IMG/VR virus record: IMGVR_UViG_3300032240_002045
Location: 33,994-97,993 of that record
Direction: 5' to 3' (one strand)
Source of the DNA: a virus
DNA: 64,000 nt
A program made the translations under genes and the position numbers. Under the pieces are notes generated by a model, which saw nothing but the letters and a program-made list of their open reading frames with translations, searched no databases and was not told the DNA's origin. Of the stretch, positions 27,211 through 36,192 are shown piece by piece; the stretch's first letter is position 1; the number at the start of each line of letters is the position of its first letter.

Positions 27211-29309
27211 TTAGTGGCCGCTCCCTTAATTAGTTCTTCGCTTTCCAATAAACGTTTAAATTCATCAAAAAGTTGTTGAGCATTTTTACCATCCGCGTTA
27301 ATTTGAAGAGTAACTCCGCCAAGGTTATAAACTTTTCCATTATCACCAGTTGCTTTAAAACCAGCTAAACCTTTGTAGCCTGAGTTAGTTCCGCCATTTC
27401 CACCATCCCAGCTTGAAGAAAGGATTGCAGCAATAGCCGTTGTTTCATCGCCAGATTTTAAAGCGGCAATAATATTATCGTAACCTCTTGAAGCGCTGTC
27501 TTTTCCAGTTAAAGTTTTTGCGGTTGCAGATACTCCAGCTTCCCAACTTCCATAAGCTTTAACACCTGAATCAAGTTGACCTACAGCGCCCTCATCTAAT
27601 TTTGTATTAAGTGGGTTATATGCTGCACTGTTTTTCCAGTGACCGCCTTCTTTTTGTTCCCACATAACAAGTGCATCAATTGCACCTTTAGTTGGTTTAA
27701 TATTTAATTGTGTAAGAAGGGCAGAAGCAAACGCTTTTTGTCCCTTAGAAGAGTCTTTGTTACTGATGGTCATGTTACCGGCGCGAGGACCCCGTGGAGT
27801 TTGGGCTTGATACTCATATGATTGATCGGTCGCTGTTCCCTTTGGACCGCCAGCTGTCCCTGAGCCAGTTGACGGTAGAGTTCCGCCACCCACGGCTCCG
27901 GTTCCGCCCATAGGGCCAGTTTCATCAATTCCATATGCCGCAAATAGCCCTGTTCCAGCAAGAATTGCTGCTATCGCGGAATTTATTTTGCCGCCTCCAG
28001 CAATCTTTGATGCAATTACTTTTTCACCTGCTCCGCCAGCTGCTCCTAAAAACGTAACAATTGCCGCATTCATTGAGGTAAGTTTCTTTAACATACCAAG
28101 AGAGTTTTTAGTAATTGCTTCGCTCATATCAGAAATTGCATTAGCTGCTGTTGTGTATCCAGATGCACCAGCATCTTGTACACCCGCTAATTGTTTTGTA
28201 GCTGTTGAAGCGCGTCGACTTGTAGCAAGTACTGCGGTAGTTGTAGCTCCCAGTTCATTTAATTTTTCTTTAGATATAGCTTCTCCACCGGTTTCAGCTT
28301 TAAACAAAAGACCGTTAGCAACCATTTGTTTAGCCATTGGGTCATTTCCAAAATACATTTCAAGCATTGAGTCCATAGAGTTTCCTGGTTGTAAACCGAT
28401 TTGCATCTCTTGTTTGCTTGGTTTTTTACCAGAGCCATAGTTAGCTGAGTAATCTCGACAAATTTTTAACCACAAATCTTGAATAATTTGATCAGGCGGT
28501 TTCATATTGCCTTCAGCGTCGCGGATTTGAATACCGATACCGCGAAGCATATTTACATTTCGACCCTGTTGCATCGAACCGTAAGCTCGCATTGTTCCTT
28601 CAAATCCCTGTCCTGGGATGAGGTTAGATGCGCTTGCAACTCCCATAGCTACGCTATTAGCACCACCAGTTATATTAGGGCCAGATATACCCATGCTCTG
28701 TGCGGCAGCTAGCCCTCTTTGTACATCCATTGAGTTTGTAATTGTTCCTGCGCTAGCAAGACTGCCTACAGTGCCTTTCATGTTGTTGTAGGCTTGATTA
28801 GACCCAATTTGTTTATTAAAATTGTTAAAGTAGGAAGTACGGGCCATAAGAAGTTGGCTTTCAACAGCTTCTCCTGGAGAGAACATCATTCCACTTGCTA
28901 TAGACCCTGCGTATAAAGCTCCAGCCGCGGGGTTGTTTTTAATATAACTAGATAGATTAACGCCACCGCCACCGCCCGAGCCACCATTGCTTGTGTTAAC
29001 GTTATTAACTGGCGGTACGGTTGCAACAATATTTCCGCCCATAGGCTGATACGGAACCATAACTCCGCCAGCACTTTGATAATCCCTACTCCCAGCTGGA
29101 GGGGTAAATTTAGGGTTGGCAGCTACTTGAGTGCTGCTATAGCCACCGCCGCCTCCGCCGCCTCCGCCGCCTCCGCCAGACATGCGGGAAACGCCAGAGC
29201 TTAAGCTACTGACCCATCCTGCAGTGTCTTGCTTAAGAAGGTTCATTTGCTGGCGTACGTCAGAAAGGCCGTTCTTTATATCAACAATGACATTTTTTGG
29301 ATCTGCCAT
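27207..29309 (-). CDS. Tape measure protein with C-terminal lysozyme-like domain
   Basis: Position; A/G-rich helical sequence; WEQKEGG..YNPLNT..VKAYGSWEAGVSATAKTL..Y. Confidence 0.8.
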   Translation of the reverse strand: MADPKNVIVDIKNGLSDVRQQMNLLKQDTAGWVSSLSSGVSRMSGGGGGGGGGGGGYSSTQVAANPKFTPPAGSRDYQSAGGVMVPYQPMGGNIVATVPPVNNVNTSNGGSGGGGGVNLSSYIKNNPAAGALYAGSIASGMMFSPGEAVESQLLMARTSYFNNFNKQIGSNQAYNNMKGTVGSLASAGTITNSMDVQRGLAAAQSMGISGPNITGGANSVAMGVASASNLIPGQGFEGTMRAYGSMQQGRNVNMLRGIGIQIRDAEGNMKPPDQIIQDLWLKICRDYSANYGSGKKPSKQEMQIGLQPGNSMDSMLEMYFGNDPMAKQMVANGLLFKAETGGEAISKEKLNELGATTTAVLATSRRASTATKQLAGVQDAGASGYTTAANAISDMSEAITKNSLGMLKKLTSMNAAIVTFLGAAGGAGEKVIASKIAGGGKINSAIAAILAGTGLFAAYGIDETGPMGGTGAVGGGTLPSTGSGTAGGPKGTATDQSYEYQAQTPRGPRAGNMTISNKDSSKGQKAFASALLTQLNIKPTKGAIDALVMWEQKEGGHWKNSAAYNPLNTKLDEGAVGQLDSGVKAYGSWEAGVSATAKTLTGKDSASRGYDNIIAALKSGDETTAIAAILSSSWDGGNGGTNSGYKGLAGFKATGDNGKVYNLGGVTLQINADGKNAQQLFDEFKRLLESEELIKGAATK
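29142..29177. repeat. 9-bp tandem repeat (GCCGCCTCC)x3 encoding poly-Gly
   Basis: Direct reading. Confidence 0.8.
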
Positions 29310-29312
29310 GTG

Positions 29313-29471
29313 TTACTTCCTTCCTGAGTGCCGTTGAGACCTAGATATCCAGTTAGAACGTTCTCTAACTGACAAACCGCGAATTTCCGTTAATGTCCAT
29401 CCTGTAAACATCCTAGTAAGTAACTCGTACTCATTAAGAAGTTCGTCGTAATCTGTTGCGCTATAGTCGAA
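29313..29471 (-). CDS. Tail chaperone C-terminal extension, reached by a probable +1 frameshift
   Basis: FDYSATDYDELLNEYELLTRMFTGWTLTEIRGLSVRERSNWI..; no start codon ahead of the conserved part; fills the gap up to the tape measure gene. Confidence 0.7.
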   Translation of the reverse strand, partial: FDYSATDYDELLNEYELLTRMFTGWTLTEIRGLSVRERSNWISRSQRHSGRK

Positions 29472-30255
29472 ACAAATCTGTCAAACTAAGCGGAAGATTA
29501 ATATCTTCACCGCATGCCTGACAAGCTTTCTTCACCTCCCCGAGGCGTGGTCCCGGGTTACGTTTAATAATTTCGTCAAGAATTTTAGTTCGGTCAGCCA
29601 TACCTAAACTAAGAGCTGTAGTTGCTCCAGAAGATGGTCGATCGTCAATTCCTGTAATACATCCAGCTAACAAAATGGTGTTAATTTCCGCCACAGTTTT
29701 ATCTGTGTTATCAACCAACTTTTTTTGAACTATACCGTTTGGAAGAATTACAGAAACAGCCCCGCTTTTAGTTAACACTTTAAAGCTTCTGTCTGCAATT
29801 GGGTCTTCTAATGTTTGTGTTGGAACGTCTTCTACAAGGTCAATTTCTGCAGTTTGAGGTTGGTTACAATTTGGACATTGAATATTAAGAGAAAGAGTTT
29901 CCCCAAAAGTTGCTCTGCGAATACCGATTAAAATTGCGTCTCGATCACCCGAAAGCAAACTATCAATGTACTCTTTAGTAACTTCTTCATTTCCAAGTTT
30001 TACAAGCCCTCTTTGCAAAAGAACGTTAAAAGCTTTTGCCGAAGATCCTGCTTTAGCAATTACTTCTTCATCCATTCCATTGAGCTCTTTAACTTCAGCC
30101 GTCCGAATGACCTCACCAGATTTACTGATAAGGCCACCCGGCAACTGAACTTCTGACTCTGAAGGAGCCGTAGTTTTAATAACTGCGGCAGGTTCCTCCA
30201 TTGCTTTTGCTGCAAATTGTGATACAAGTTCTGCATCTGTAATGATGTTAGACAC
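29461..30255 (-). CDS. Tail assembly chaperone (T4 gp26/gp51-like, two CxxC)
   Basis: VKELNG.DEE, LLSGDRDAILIGIR..TFG, CPNC and CQACG; lies between tube and tape measure genes. Confidence 0.8.
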   Translation of the reverse strand: MSNIITDAELVSQFAAKAMEEPAAVIKTTAPSESEVQLPGGLISKSGEVIRTAEVKELNGMDEEVIAKAGSSAKAFNVLLQRGLVKLGNEEVTKEYIDSLLSGDRDAILIGIRRATFGETLSLNIQCPNCNQPQTAEIDLVEDVPTQTLEDPIADRSFKVLTKSGAVSVILPNGIVQKKLVDNTDKTVAEINTILLAGCITGIDDRPSSGATTALSLGMADRTKILDEIIKRNPGPRLGEVKKACQACGEDINLPLSLTDLFRL

Positions 30256-30277
30256 GAATTGTGCTCCTTAATTAGTT

Positions 30278-30868
30278 TTAGTTAGAGATTGAACGGCCAG
30301 TTGGTGAGTAGTCATCTTCAGTAAAGAATACTGAAAGACCCTCATGTACTAGCTGCATTGACTCAAACAATAGTGCTCCGTCATTTGCGTTTAGATCTGT
30401 GTAGTTTAGACCAGTAATCCAGGCGTTATGTACACGGAATCCCATTTTTGGAAGATTTGTGCTTGCCGCATTTGCGTTTGGATGGTCCATTACGTAGATG
30501 TTGATATTTACGCGGAAGCTCTTATTTGCTGTAGCAAGGCCATCGCCTGCTGCCGCTGAAAATAGCCCACGCATCCAAGTAATTGCCTGGTCATTGCCAT
30601 CAAGAACACCGCGTTGCAGTGTAATTGGGCTAAATGTAGTCATTCCAGGAACCTGGTGAACGGTGGTGTTATAGCCACCTTCACGGTATTGAATTGACTG
30701 CGTTGTGATGTTAAGACCGCTGATATTTGTAAAACCACCGGTCCAACCTGTTGTAATTTTTGTATCAAAGGCGGGTCCGCCTACTGCTGTGAATTCTGCG
30801 TAGAATCTAAAACTACGAAGTGGATCAGTTGCAGTCGTTGAGAAACGGTTGATTATGCTGCTTGCCAT
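30278..30868 (-). CDS. Tail tube protein (T4 gp19-like)
   Basis: DPLRSFRF, GFTNISGL, YREGG, PG...SPITLQRG, and LNA..E...LVHEG. Confidence 0.95.
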   Translation of the reverse strand: MASSIINRFSTTATDPLRSFRFYAEFTAVGGPAFDTKITTGWTGGFTNISGLNITTQSIQYREGGYNTTVHQVPGMTTFSPITLQRGVLDGNDQAITWMRGLFSAAAGDGLATANKSFRVNINIYVMDHPNANAASTNLPKMGFRVHNAWITGLNYTDLNANDGALLFESMQLVHEGLSVFFTEDDYSPTGRSISN

Positions 30869-30882
30869 TTATTGGGTCTCCT

Positions 30883-32376
30883 TTACGCCACAGTAACGGT
30901 GGTTCCACCGTCAAACTGACCAATTTTAATGATTATAAATTCAGCTGGACGCTGAAGTGCCACACCAACTTCGATATGGACTTCTCCATTGTCAATTGCT
31001 GATTGTGGGTTGTTAGTTGCATCTACTTTAACAAAGAATGCAGCCGAAGGTGTTGCGCCGGAAAGGCCGCCCTGACTCCAGAAATTTGTTAAGAAGCTAC
31101 TAACAGTTGCGTTAAGGCGGCGATACAGCGCTGCGTCGTTTGGTTCAAAAATTGCAAACTCAGTAAGGTCTGTAAGAGCTTTGCGCAAATAGATAAGTGT
31201 TCGACGTACCGGAACATACTTATCAACATATCCTGGCTTAAGTGTCTTAGATCCCATAACAACAATTCCTGAACCTGAAACATACTTGATAGCATTTACA
31301 GGTGCAGCGGATGAGTTAAGGGAGTCTAATTCAGCATTTGTAAGAACAGGCACGGATACCGCTCCAGCAAGACGTGCTTGAAGACCAGCAGGTGCTTTAA
31401 ACACTCCACGAGAAGCATCTGTTGCTGAATAAAGACCAACAACCGCGGCTCCAGCACCAAGTGTGATAGTTGCGTTTGAAGCTCCGCCTACACCGACTGT
31501 TGGGTCTGGAATAAGAATTTGTGGATAATATACAGCGGCGTAAGAAGAGGCGGTGTAAGCAGCTGAACGTGTTAGCTGGTTAGCTACTGTGTCCACCATT
31601 CCGTCAATCACAACAAAAATATCTTCACGAGATGCTGCGTATGCAATAGCGGCATTAACAGTTGTTGTATCTGTAAATCCTGGAACGTTAAGTACCAAAG
31701 ACTGTTTGATAGTATCAAATGTAGAATATGAAGTAATTGTTGAGATTGCTGAACCATTTGTACCTGTTGAAAGGGCTTGGTTTGGTGTAGCAACTGATGG
31801 GTTACGTGTAGCCCCTGTGCTTGCTGAACCAAGATCTGTCGCGGTTACGTATGAAGAACCTGTGTTAATTACAGATACAGCATAACGAGTGTTTGTTGTT
31901 GTCATTGAAAGGTCTGTAAACTTTTCAACAATATAAGCATCTGTGCTTCCGCCATAATAAATTGTGGCATCAAACAGTCCGGTTGTTGTAGAAGCGCTAA
32001 AGGTCACGTTAATTGAGTTACCCCAAGTACCCTCATTTGCGGCCGTCAATGACAATGTTGCAAGAGGTGAACCGGCAGTGTCGTTAAAACTACGTGTAGC
32101 TTTAACAGCGGAAGTTGCTACACGAGTAACATATGCCTTGTTTCCACCATTTGAAAAGAACATGTAAACAGCTAATGGAAGAGCATTAGAAGCTGTGGTA
32201 TTCCATGTTCCAAATTTTGTTGAGTAGTCACTCCAAGAAGTAACTAGTGTTGGACGTGTTGGTCCGCGATCATTAGCGCCAATAAAAGCACCAATTGAAT
32301 CTGAGTTAGGTCCAACTGTTGATTGAACAGGGTTTAACGTTTCCTGAACGTACACCCCAGGGCGTTGAAATGCCAT
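30883..32376 (-). CDS. Tail sheath protein
   Basis: RPGVYVQE, FFSNGG, RGVFKAPAG, YVPVRR, FEPND and PAEFI. Confidence 0.96.
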   Translation of the reverse strand: MAFQRPGVYVQETLNPVQSTVGPNSDSIGAFIGANDRGPTRPTLVTSWSDYSTKFGTWNTTASNALPLAVYMFFSNGGNKAYVTRVATSAVKATRSFNDTAGSPLATLSLTAANEGTWGNSINVTFSASTTTGLFDATIYYGGSTDAYIVEKFTDLSMTTTNTRYAVSVINTGSSYVTATDLGSASTGATRNPSVATPNQALSTGTNGSAISTITSYSTFDTIKQSLVLNVPGFTDTTTVNAAIAYAASREDIFVVIDGMVDTVANQLTRSAAYTASSYAAVYYPQILIPDPTVGVGGASNATITLGAGAAVVGLYSATDASRGVFKAPAGLQARLAGAVSVPVLTNAELDSLNSSAAPVNAIKYVSGSGIVVMGSKTLKPGYVDKYVPVRRTLIYLRKALTDLTEFAIFEPNDAALYRRLNATVSSFLTNFWSQGGLSGATPSAAFFVKVDATNNPQSAIDNGEVHIEVGVALQRPAEFIIIKIGQFDGGTTVTVA

Positions 32377-32414
32377 TAAATTATCTCCTTAAGTTTTAAC
32401 GTAAGTAACATATA

Positions 32415-33047
32415 TTAGACCGGTTGGTATCCAGAAGGGATATACGCAGTAGTAGTGTTGATTTTAACTGTAGCAACAAGTTTAGCTGAAATAGCATCAG
32501 CAACCGCCGGTGTCATTTCGCTTATTACTCTCAGTGTTAAAACGTTGCTAAGAAGTCTGCGGTTTCCCGTTTCCCCATCAACAGCGTCTCTTTTTACAAA
32601 TCCATCAAGAAATATAGAACGATAGCCTGTTTCAGTACCTAATTCGTTAGGTACAGCTAACTTTCCGTACTTTGATGGAAACTTATTCATTAACTGAAAC
32701 ATCACCGCACGATCATGGCGGGGATGACGTGTGTAAGAGGTTACTTGGTAAATTAAGTCATAAGCAACCGGTGCGTCATATGAGTATACAACCCCACTAA
32801 CCGGTGCGAGAGTTCCTCGAAAATCGTTATCTGTAAAACGACCTTGATGTTGGCGATCATTGGCTGGAACAATGTCCACAAGGTCCACAGTAATAAATGG
32901 AAAAGCCTGATCGCGAACTTCAACGTCAGGGTAGCCAAACCATACTTTAACAGAGCGGGCGGCTGATTTTTCATCAGAAACGGTAAGTCCAGCCAAATGT
33001 GTTTTAAGGGCTAGATCCTCAGCAACAATAAATGGATTACCCACCAA
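32415..33047 (-). CDS. Tail terminator/cap (Pvc16/gp15-like)
   Basis: Directly upstream of the sheath gene; P..YDL.YQV motif. Confidence 0.6.
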   Translation of the reverse strand: MVGNPFIVAEDLALKTHLAGLTVSDEKSAARSVKVWFGYPDVEVRDQAFPFITVDLVDIVPANDRQHQGRFTDNDFRGTLAPVSGVVYSYDAPVAYDLIYQVTSYTRHPRHDRAVMFQLMNKFPSKYGKLAVPNELGTETGYRSIFLDGFVKRDAVDGETGNRRLLSNVLTLRVISEMTPAVADAISAKLVATVKINTTTAYIPSGYQPV

Positions 33048-33375
33048 AGACCCCCTCTAGCTCTATTAAGTTACTAACTGAACGATTTGCCAATACGGAT
33101 TTAAGAGTATCCCCGCTACGATAAATAAATGATCGTATGACTGAGTTAGGGGCATTTCGGCTATCGCCGTATTCTAAATTGTCAACAGTTTTAGATAGCT
33201 CTTGTGGGTAATCTACAGATAAATCTTTACCGTCAAAGACTACTGACAAGGTACTAACAACCTCCGCGGGCCATCCAGAGGATTTAGCGGCGGATTTAAG
33301 GTCTTTTGTTAGCTGTGGGATTAAGTAAAAAGCGGCGTCAGATACAACCGCATCTAGATCACTTGTCGCGGGCAC
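33037..33375 (-). CDS. Hypothetical neck/tail completion protein
   Basis: LEYG motif; position. Confidence 0.55.
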   Translation of the reverse strand: MPATSDLDAVVSDAAFYLIPQLTKDLKSAAKSSGWPAEVVSTLSVVFDGKDLSVDYPQELSKTVDNLEYGDSRNAPNSVIRSFIYRSGDTLKSVLANRSVSNLIELEGVFGG

Positions 33376-33508
33376 TGTTCAAAACTTTCCGTGCGATACC
33401 TGCCGCCAATATGCCTAACCAGAGTTTGTCGCTATCCTTTTGCCCAGGAATGTTCTGAACAATAGCTTTAGCAAAAGCTACGTCATCTGGTTTGTCTATG
33501 TTAGACAT
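33359..33508 (-). CDS. 49-aa hypothetical protein; not in the ORF track
   Basis: AAAGGAG RBS; MSNIDKPDDVAFAKAIVQNIPG.. Confidence 0.7.
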   Translation of the reverse strand: MSNIDKPDDVAFAKAIVQNIPGQKDSDKLWLGILAAGIARKVLNSARDK

Positions 33509-33587
33509 GGCAATCTCCTTTAGGAGTGGGGCAAGGTATAACGCAAGGTAAAGCTTTGAATCCGCATGAATTCAGTTATAGGATAAA

Positions 33588-33612
33588 GCAAAAACCCCGC
33601 TTGCGCGGGGCT
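33588..33612 (-). terminator. Intrinsic terminator
   Basis: CCCCGC-GCAA-GCGGGG-TTTTT. Confidence 0.8.
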
Positions 33613-33618
33613 TAAGCT

Positions 33619-33792
33619 TTATTTCTTTTTGGCCGGTGTGGCTTTCTTTGGCGCATCTGATCCAAAATGGACCGTCTTAGTAACAATCTTCTTTACGGGC
33701 AAACCGGGAGAAGCCATAGGCGGCTTTGCTGCTTTGGCGGAGTTAACATTTTTGTTAACTTTATCCATAGTGCCTTTAGGAAGAGATTTCAT
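33619..33792 (-). CDS. 57-aa Lys/Pro-rich basic protein
   Basis: MKSLPKGTMDK...KKATPAKKK; abuts the upstream stop. Confidence 0.7.
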   Translation of the reverse strand: MKSLPKGTMDKVNKNVNSAKAAKPPMASPGLPVKKIVTKTVHFGSDAPKKATPAKKK

Positions 33793-34011
33793 TTACTTCT
33801 TCTTAATCTTCTTTGCTAGGGCCTTGTCCATTTTCATATCTGCCTTAGCTGATGGCTTCTTCTTATCCATCTTCTTATCTTCGGCCTTGAACTTACCCTT
33901 TTGAGCTGGGGTCATGCCCTTCATAACTTTGGCATCTTGCTTCTTATCTGCTTTTTTGCACGCGCCCTTACAATTTGGCTTAGAGCAGCCACAGCCACAT
34001 GATTTACACAT
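33793..34011 (-). CDS. Cys-cluster plus Lys-rich micro-protein
   Basis: MCKSCGCGCSKPNCKGAC + K-rich tail. Confidence 0.75.
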   Translation of the reverse strand: MCKSCGCGCSKPNCKGACKKADKKQDAKVMKGMTPAQKGKFKAEDKKMDKKKPSAKADMKMDKALAKKIKKK

Positions 34012-34157
34012 TACATACCCTTTTTTCTATTCATAGAGGATTTCTTTGACATTGCAATTGCTGCCTGCTGTGCTTTTTTGGCGGGTGCCGCCTTCTTAGC
34101 TACAGCCTTTTTCATTGTCTTCTTCATGTTGCCCATGCAACCACATGTAGCGCACAT
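34011..34157 (-). CDS. 48-aa Cys/Lys-rich micro-protein
   Basis: MCATCGCMGNMKKTMKKAVAKKAAPAKK..; TAATG coupling on both sides. Confidence 0.7.
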   Translation of the reverse strand: MCATCGCMGNMKKTMKKAVAKKAAPAKKAQQAAIAMSKKSSMNRKKGM

Positions 34158-34321
34158 TACTTCTTCTTTCGTAGTGCAGCTAGGTCTGCTGCATCAATTT
34201 TCTTTGGGTCTCCCGCTTTTTTAGCAATTTTCTTCTGCTTTGGTGAAAGGCTCTTAGCGCCTTTCTTGCAAGCTCCGTTACAATTTGGCTTTGAACAACC
34301 GCAGCCACATGATTTGCACAT
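34157..34321 (-). CDS. 54-aa Cys-cluster plus Lys-rich micro-protein
   Basis: MCKSCGCGCSKPNCNGACKKGAKSLSPKQKKIA..; AAGGA RBS. Confidence 0.75.
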   Translation of the reverse strand: MCKSCGCGCSKPNCNGACKKGAKSLSPKQKKIAKKAGDPKKIDAADLAALRKKK

Positions 34322-34322
34322 A

Positions 34323-34466
34323 TTACTTATCCTTTACCTTAGAGGGCTTAGCCTTTACTTTAGCAGGTAATTTTTTACCTGACGGGGTGTGTTCTTGCCA
34401 TTGTTTTGCCATTTGTGGGTGGTTAGCGTACATCCACCCTTTTTGAGCTTCTGATTTAAAAGGCAT
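34323..34466 (-). CDS. 47-aa basic protein (MPFKS.AQ type)
   Basis: MPFKSEAQKGWMYANHPQMAKQWQEHTP..; TAATG coupling. Confidence 0.75.
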   Translation of the reverse strand: MPFKSEAQKGWMYANHPQMAKQWQEHTPSGKKLPAKVKAKPSKVKDK

Positions 34467-34753
34467 TAGTTAATAATTTTAGAAAATACAACACCTACAG
34501 CATTTGCAGATGTTCCCGCTGAAGATACTGCGTACAGTACATCTCCCGCATTTAACCAAACTTGAAGATTAGTGTTTGTTGCCATACGAACGCCTTTGGC
34601 GGCTCCAGATACTGCAACTGAGGAGTCTCCAAGAAAAATAGGATTAGTATCTGAGTTAGAAATTTGAACAGCGGTAAGTGGGTTACCCGCCGGGATGGTA
34701 GCAATAATGGTGGCAGATGTGCCTACCGTTACTGAATTATGAACAATTGCCAT
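34466..34753 (-). CDS. Small beta-rich virion protein
   Basis: AAGGAG RBS; beta-strand pattern. Confidence 0.65.
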   Translation of the reverse strand: MAIVHNSVTVGTSATIIATIPAGNPLTAVQISNSDTNPIFLGDSSVAVSGAAKGVRMATNTNLQVWLNAGDVLYAVSSAGTSANAVGVVFSKIIN

Positions 34754-34762
34754 TGGGTCTCC

Positions 34763-35614
34763 TTAGTTCTGTGCCATGATCACCCAGTTAGTACCGTTAC
34801 TAACTAGGGTTGTCCACTTTCCCGCCGTGTTGGCAGAAAAGATGGTTGCAGCAGCTGTGGTGGTTGCCAAGGCTACTACGTTAGATGTTGCGGAAGTAAC
34901 CGCGCCAGTGCTGATTGTTTTAAAGTGAAGAGTGCGTCCTGTGTAAGAGGCTGCTGTTGGAAGGGTCACAGAAATTGCGGAGGCTGAGTTAAAAATAACA
35001 AAGGTATCAGTATCTGGAACTGTATAGGTAGAAGCAGTAATCGGTGTAGTAACCGCAGCAACAGCATATTTTTTATATGAGGTTACGCTAAGAATCGGAG
35101 CTGTAGCTGTTCCAGTAAATGTTGGGGATGCAAGGTTAGCTTTAAGATCAAGGGCTGTTTGCTGTGCTGTTGAGACAGGCTTGGCAGTATCAGCTGTATT
35201 GGTAACGCTGCCCAAACCAACCATAGATGCGGTAATGCCACTTACAGTGCCTGTAAAAGTAGGTGATGCAAGAGGGGCTTTTAGCGCGTCATTGGCGATA
35301 GTTGCATATGTTGAAGCCGCTGTTGCTGTAGTTAGATAGGTAGAAGACGCTGTGGCTGTAGCTAACTTAGCATCAAGCTGAGTTTGAATGGCGGATGTAA
35401 CACCATCTACATAAGCCAACTCCGCAGCGGAAACATTTCCAATAGAAGTTGTAGATGGCAGAACCACCGTTCCAGTAAAAGTAGGGCTAGCCGTAGTTGC
35501 ATAAGCTGTATCGCCAGATGTGTTGGCTGTAATGCGTGTGTCTAGATCATCAAGGGCGGCATTAAGGGTAACTCCCCAACCGCTAGCTCCAACTACAGGC
35601 TTAACAAATGTCAT
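34763..35614 (-). CDS. Fibre-like structural protein
   Basis: Repeated ASPTFTGT; GLGSVTNTAD.AKPVSTAQQ. Confidence 0.75.
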   Translation of the reverse strand: MTFVKPVVGASGWGVTLNAALDDLDTRITANTSGDTAYATTASPTFTGTVVLPSTTSIGNVSAAELAYVDGVTSAIQTQLDAKLATATASSTYLTTATAASTYATIANDALKAPLASPTFTGTVSGITASMVGLGSVTNTADTAKPVSTAQQTALDLKANLASPTFTGTATAPILSVTSYKKYAVAAVTTPITASTYTVPDTDTFVIFNSASAISVTLPTAASYTGRTLHFKTISTGAVTSATSNVVALATTTAAATIFSANTAGKWTTLVSNGTNWVIMAQN

Positions 35615-35616
35615 AT

Positions 35617-36192
35617 CTAAGCTCCTCCGTAAGTTCCATCGCCGTAATAACCTTCACCATACCCAAGAGCAACAGATGAATAGCTCCAGAACTGCGGGTC
35701 ATTGACCATTTCTTCTGGCATGACCTGAATACATTCTACTGTAACAAGTGTGTATCTTTCAGCAATAATTCCGCGCTGTTGAACTCCAAATGGGCGGTAC
35801 ACCTGGTTCTTCCAAACAATACGTCCGCGAAGTTGAATTTCTGGAATTTTAAAGAACCCCGGAGAAATCTTTTCAATATCTTCAGCGTTAAGGGTTAAAT
35901 GAAGCGTATCTGAATTGTAGTAACCAACCGCGGAAGTCTTAACATCGCCTTGGCTCCAAATAGCCCTTACTACAGGGATAGTAAATGGGCCTGTCCAACG
36001 TTTTCCGCCAACCGCGCCACTAATGTCTTGACCTACATCGTAGATGGGATCCAAGACAGTATTGACTGGGTCATAGATGTACCACAGCGCATAGGTGCCG
36101 ACAGGGTTTTTTAGGTCAGTATCAACGCCTACTAGTAGGTCATCGGTTTCAAAGTCGGCATCAAAGCGACCACCGGGTGTGTAGGCTCTCAT
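35617..36192 (-). CDS. Putative head-closure/neck protein
   Basis: Position and size; weak motif support. Confidence 0.45.
   Translation of the reverse strand: MRAYTPGGRFDADFETDDLLVGVDTDLKNPVGTYALWYIYDPVNTVLDPIYDVGQDISGAVGGKRWTGPFTIPVVRAIWSQGDVKTSAVGYYNSDTLHLTLNAEDIEKISPGFFKIPEIQLRGRIVWKNQVYRPFGVQQRGIIAERYTLVTVECIQVMPEEMVNDPQFWSYSSVALGYGEGYYGDGTYGGA

Noticed and set aside
29434-29463. TAG readthrough or genome-wide stop-codon reassignment
   Set aside because: The in-frame extension is only 8 codons; long genes are intact in the standard code; no suppressor tRNA seen
19289-33047. Bacterial eCIS or tailocin locus
   Set aside because: Capsid, portal, terminase and replication genes are contiguous, so this is a phage
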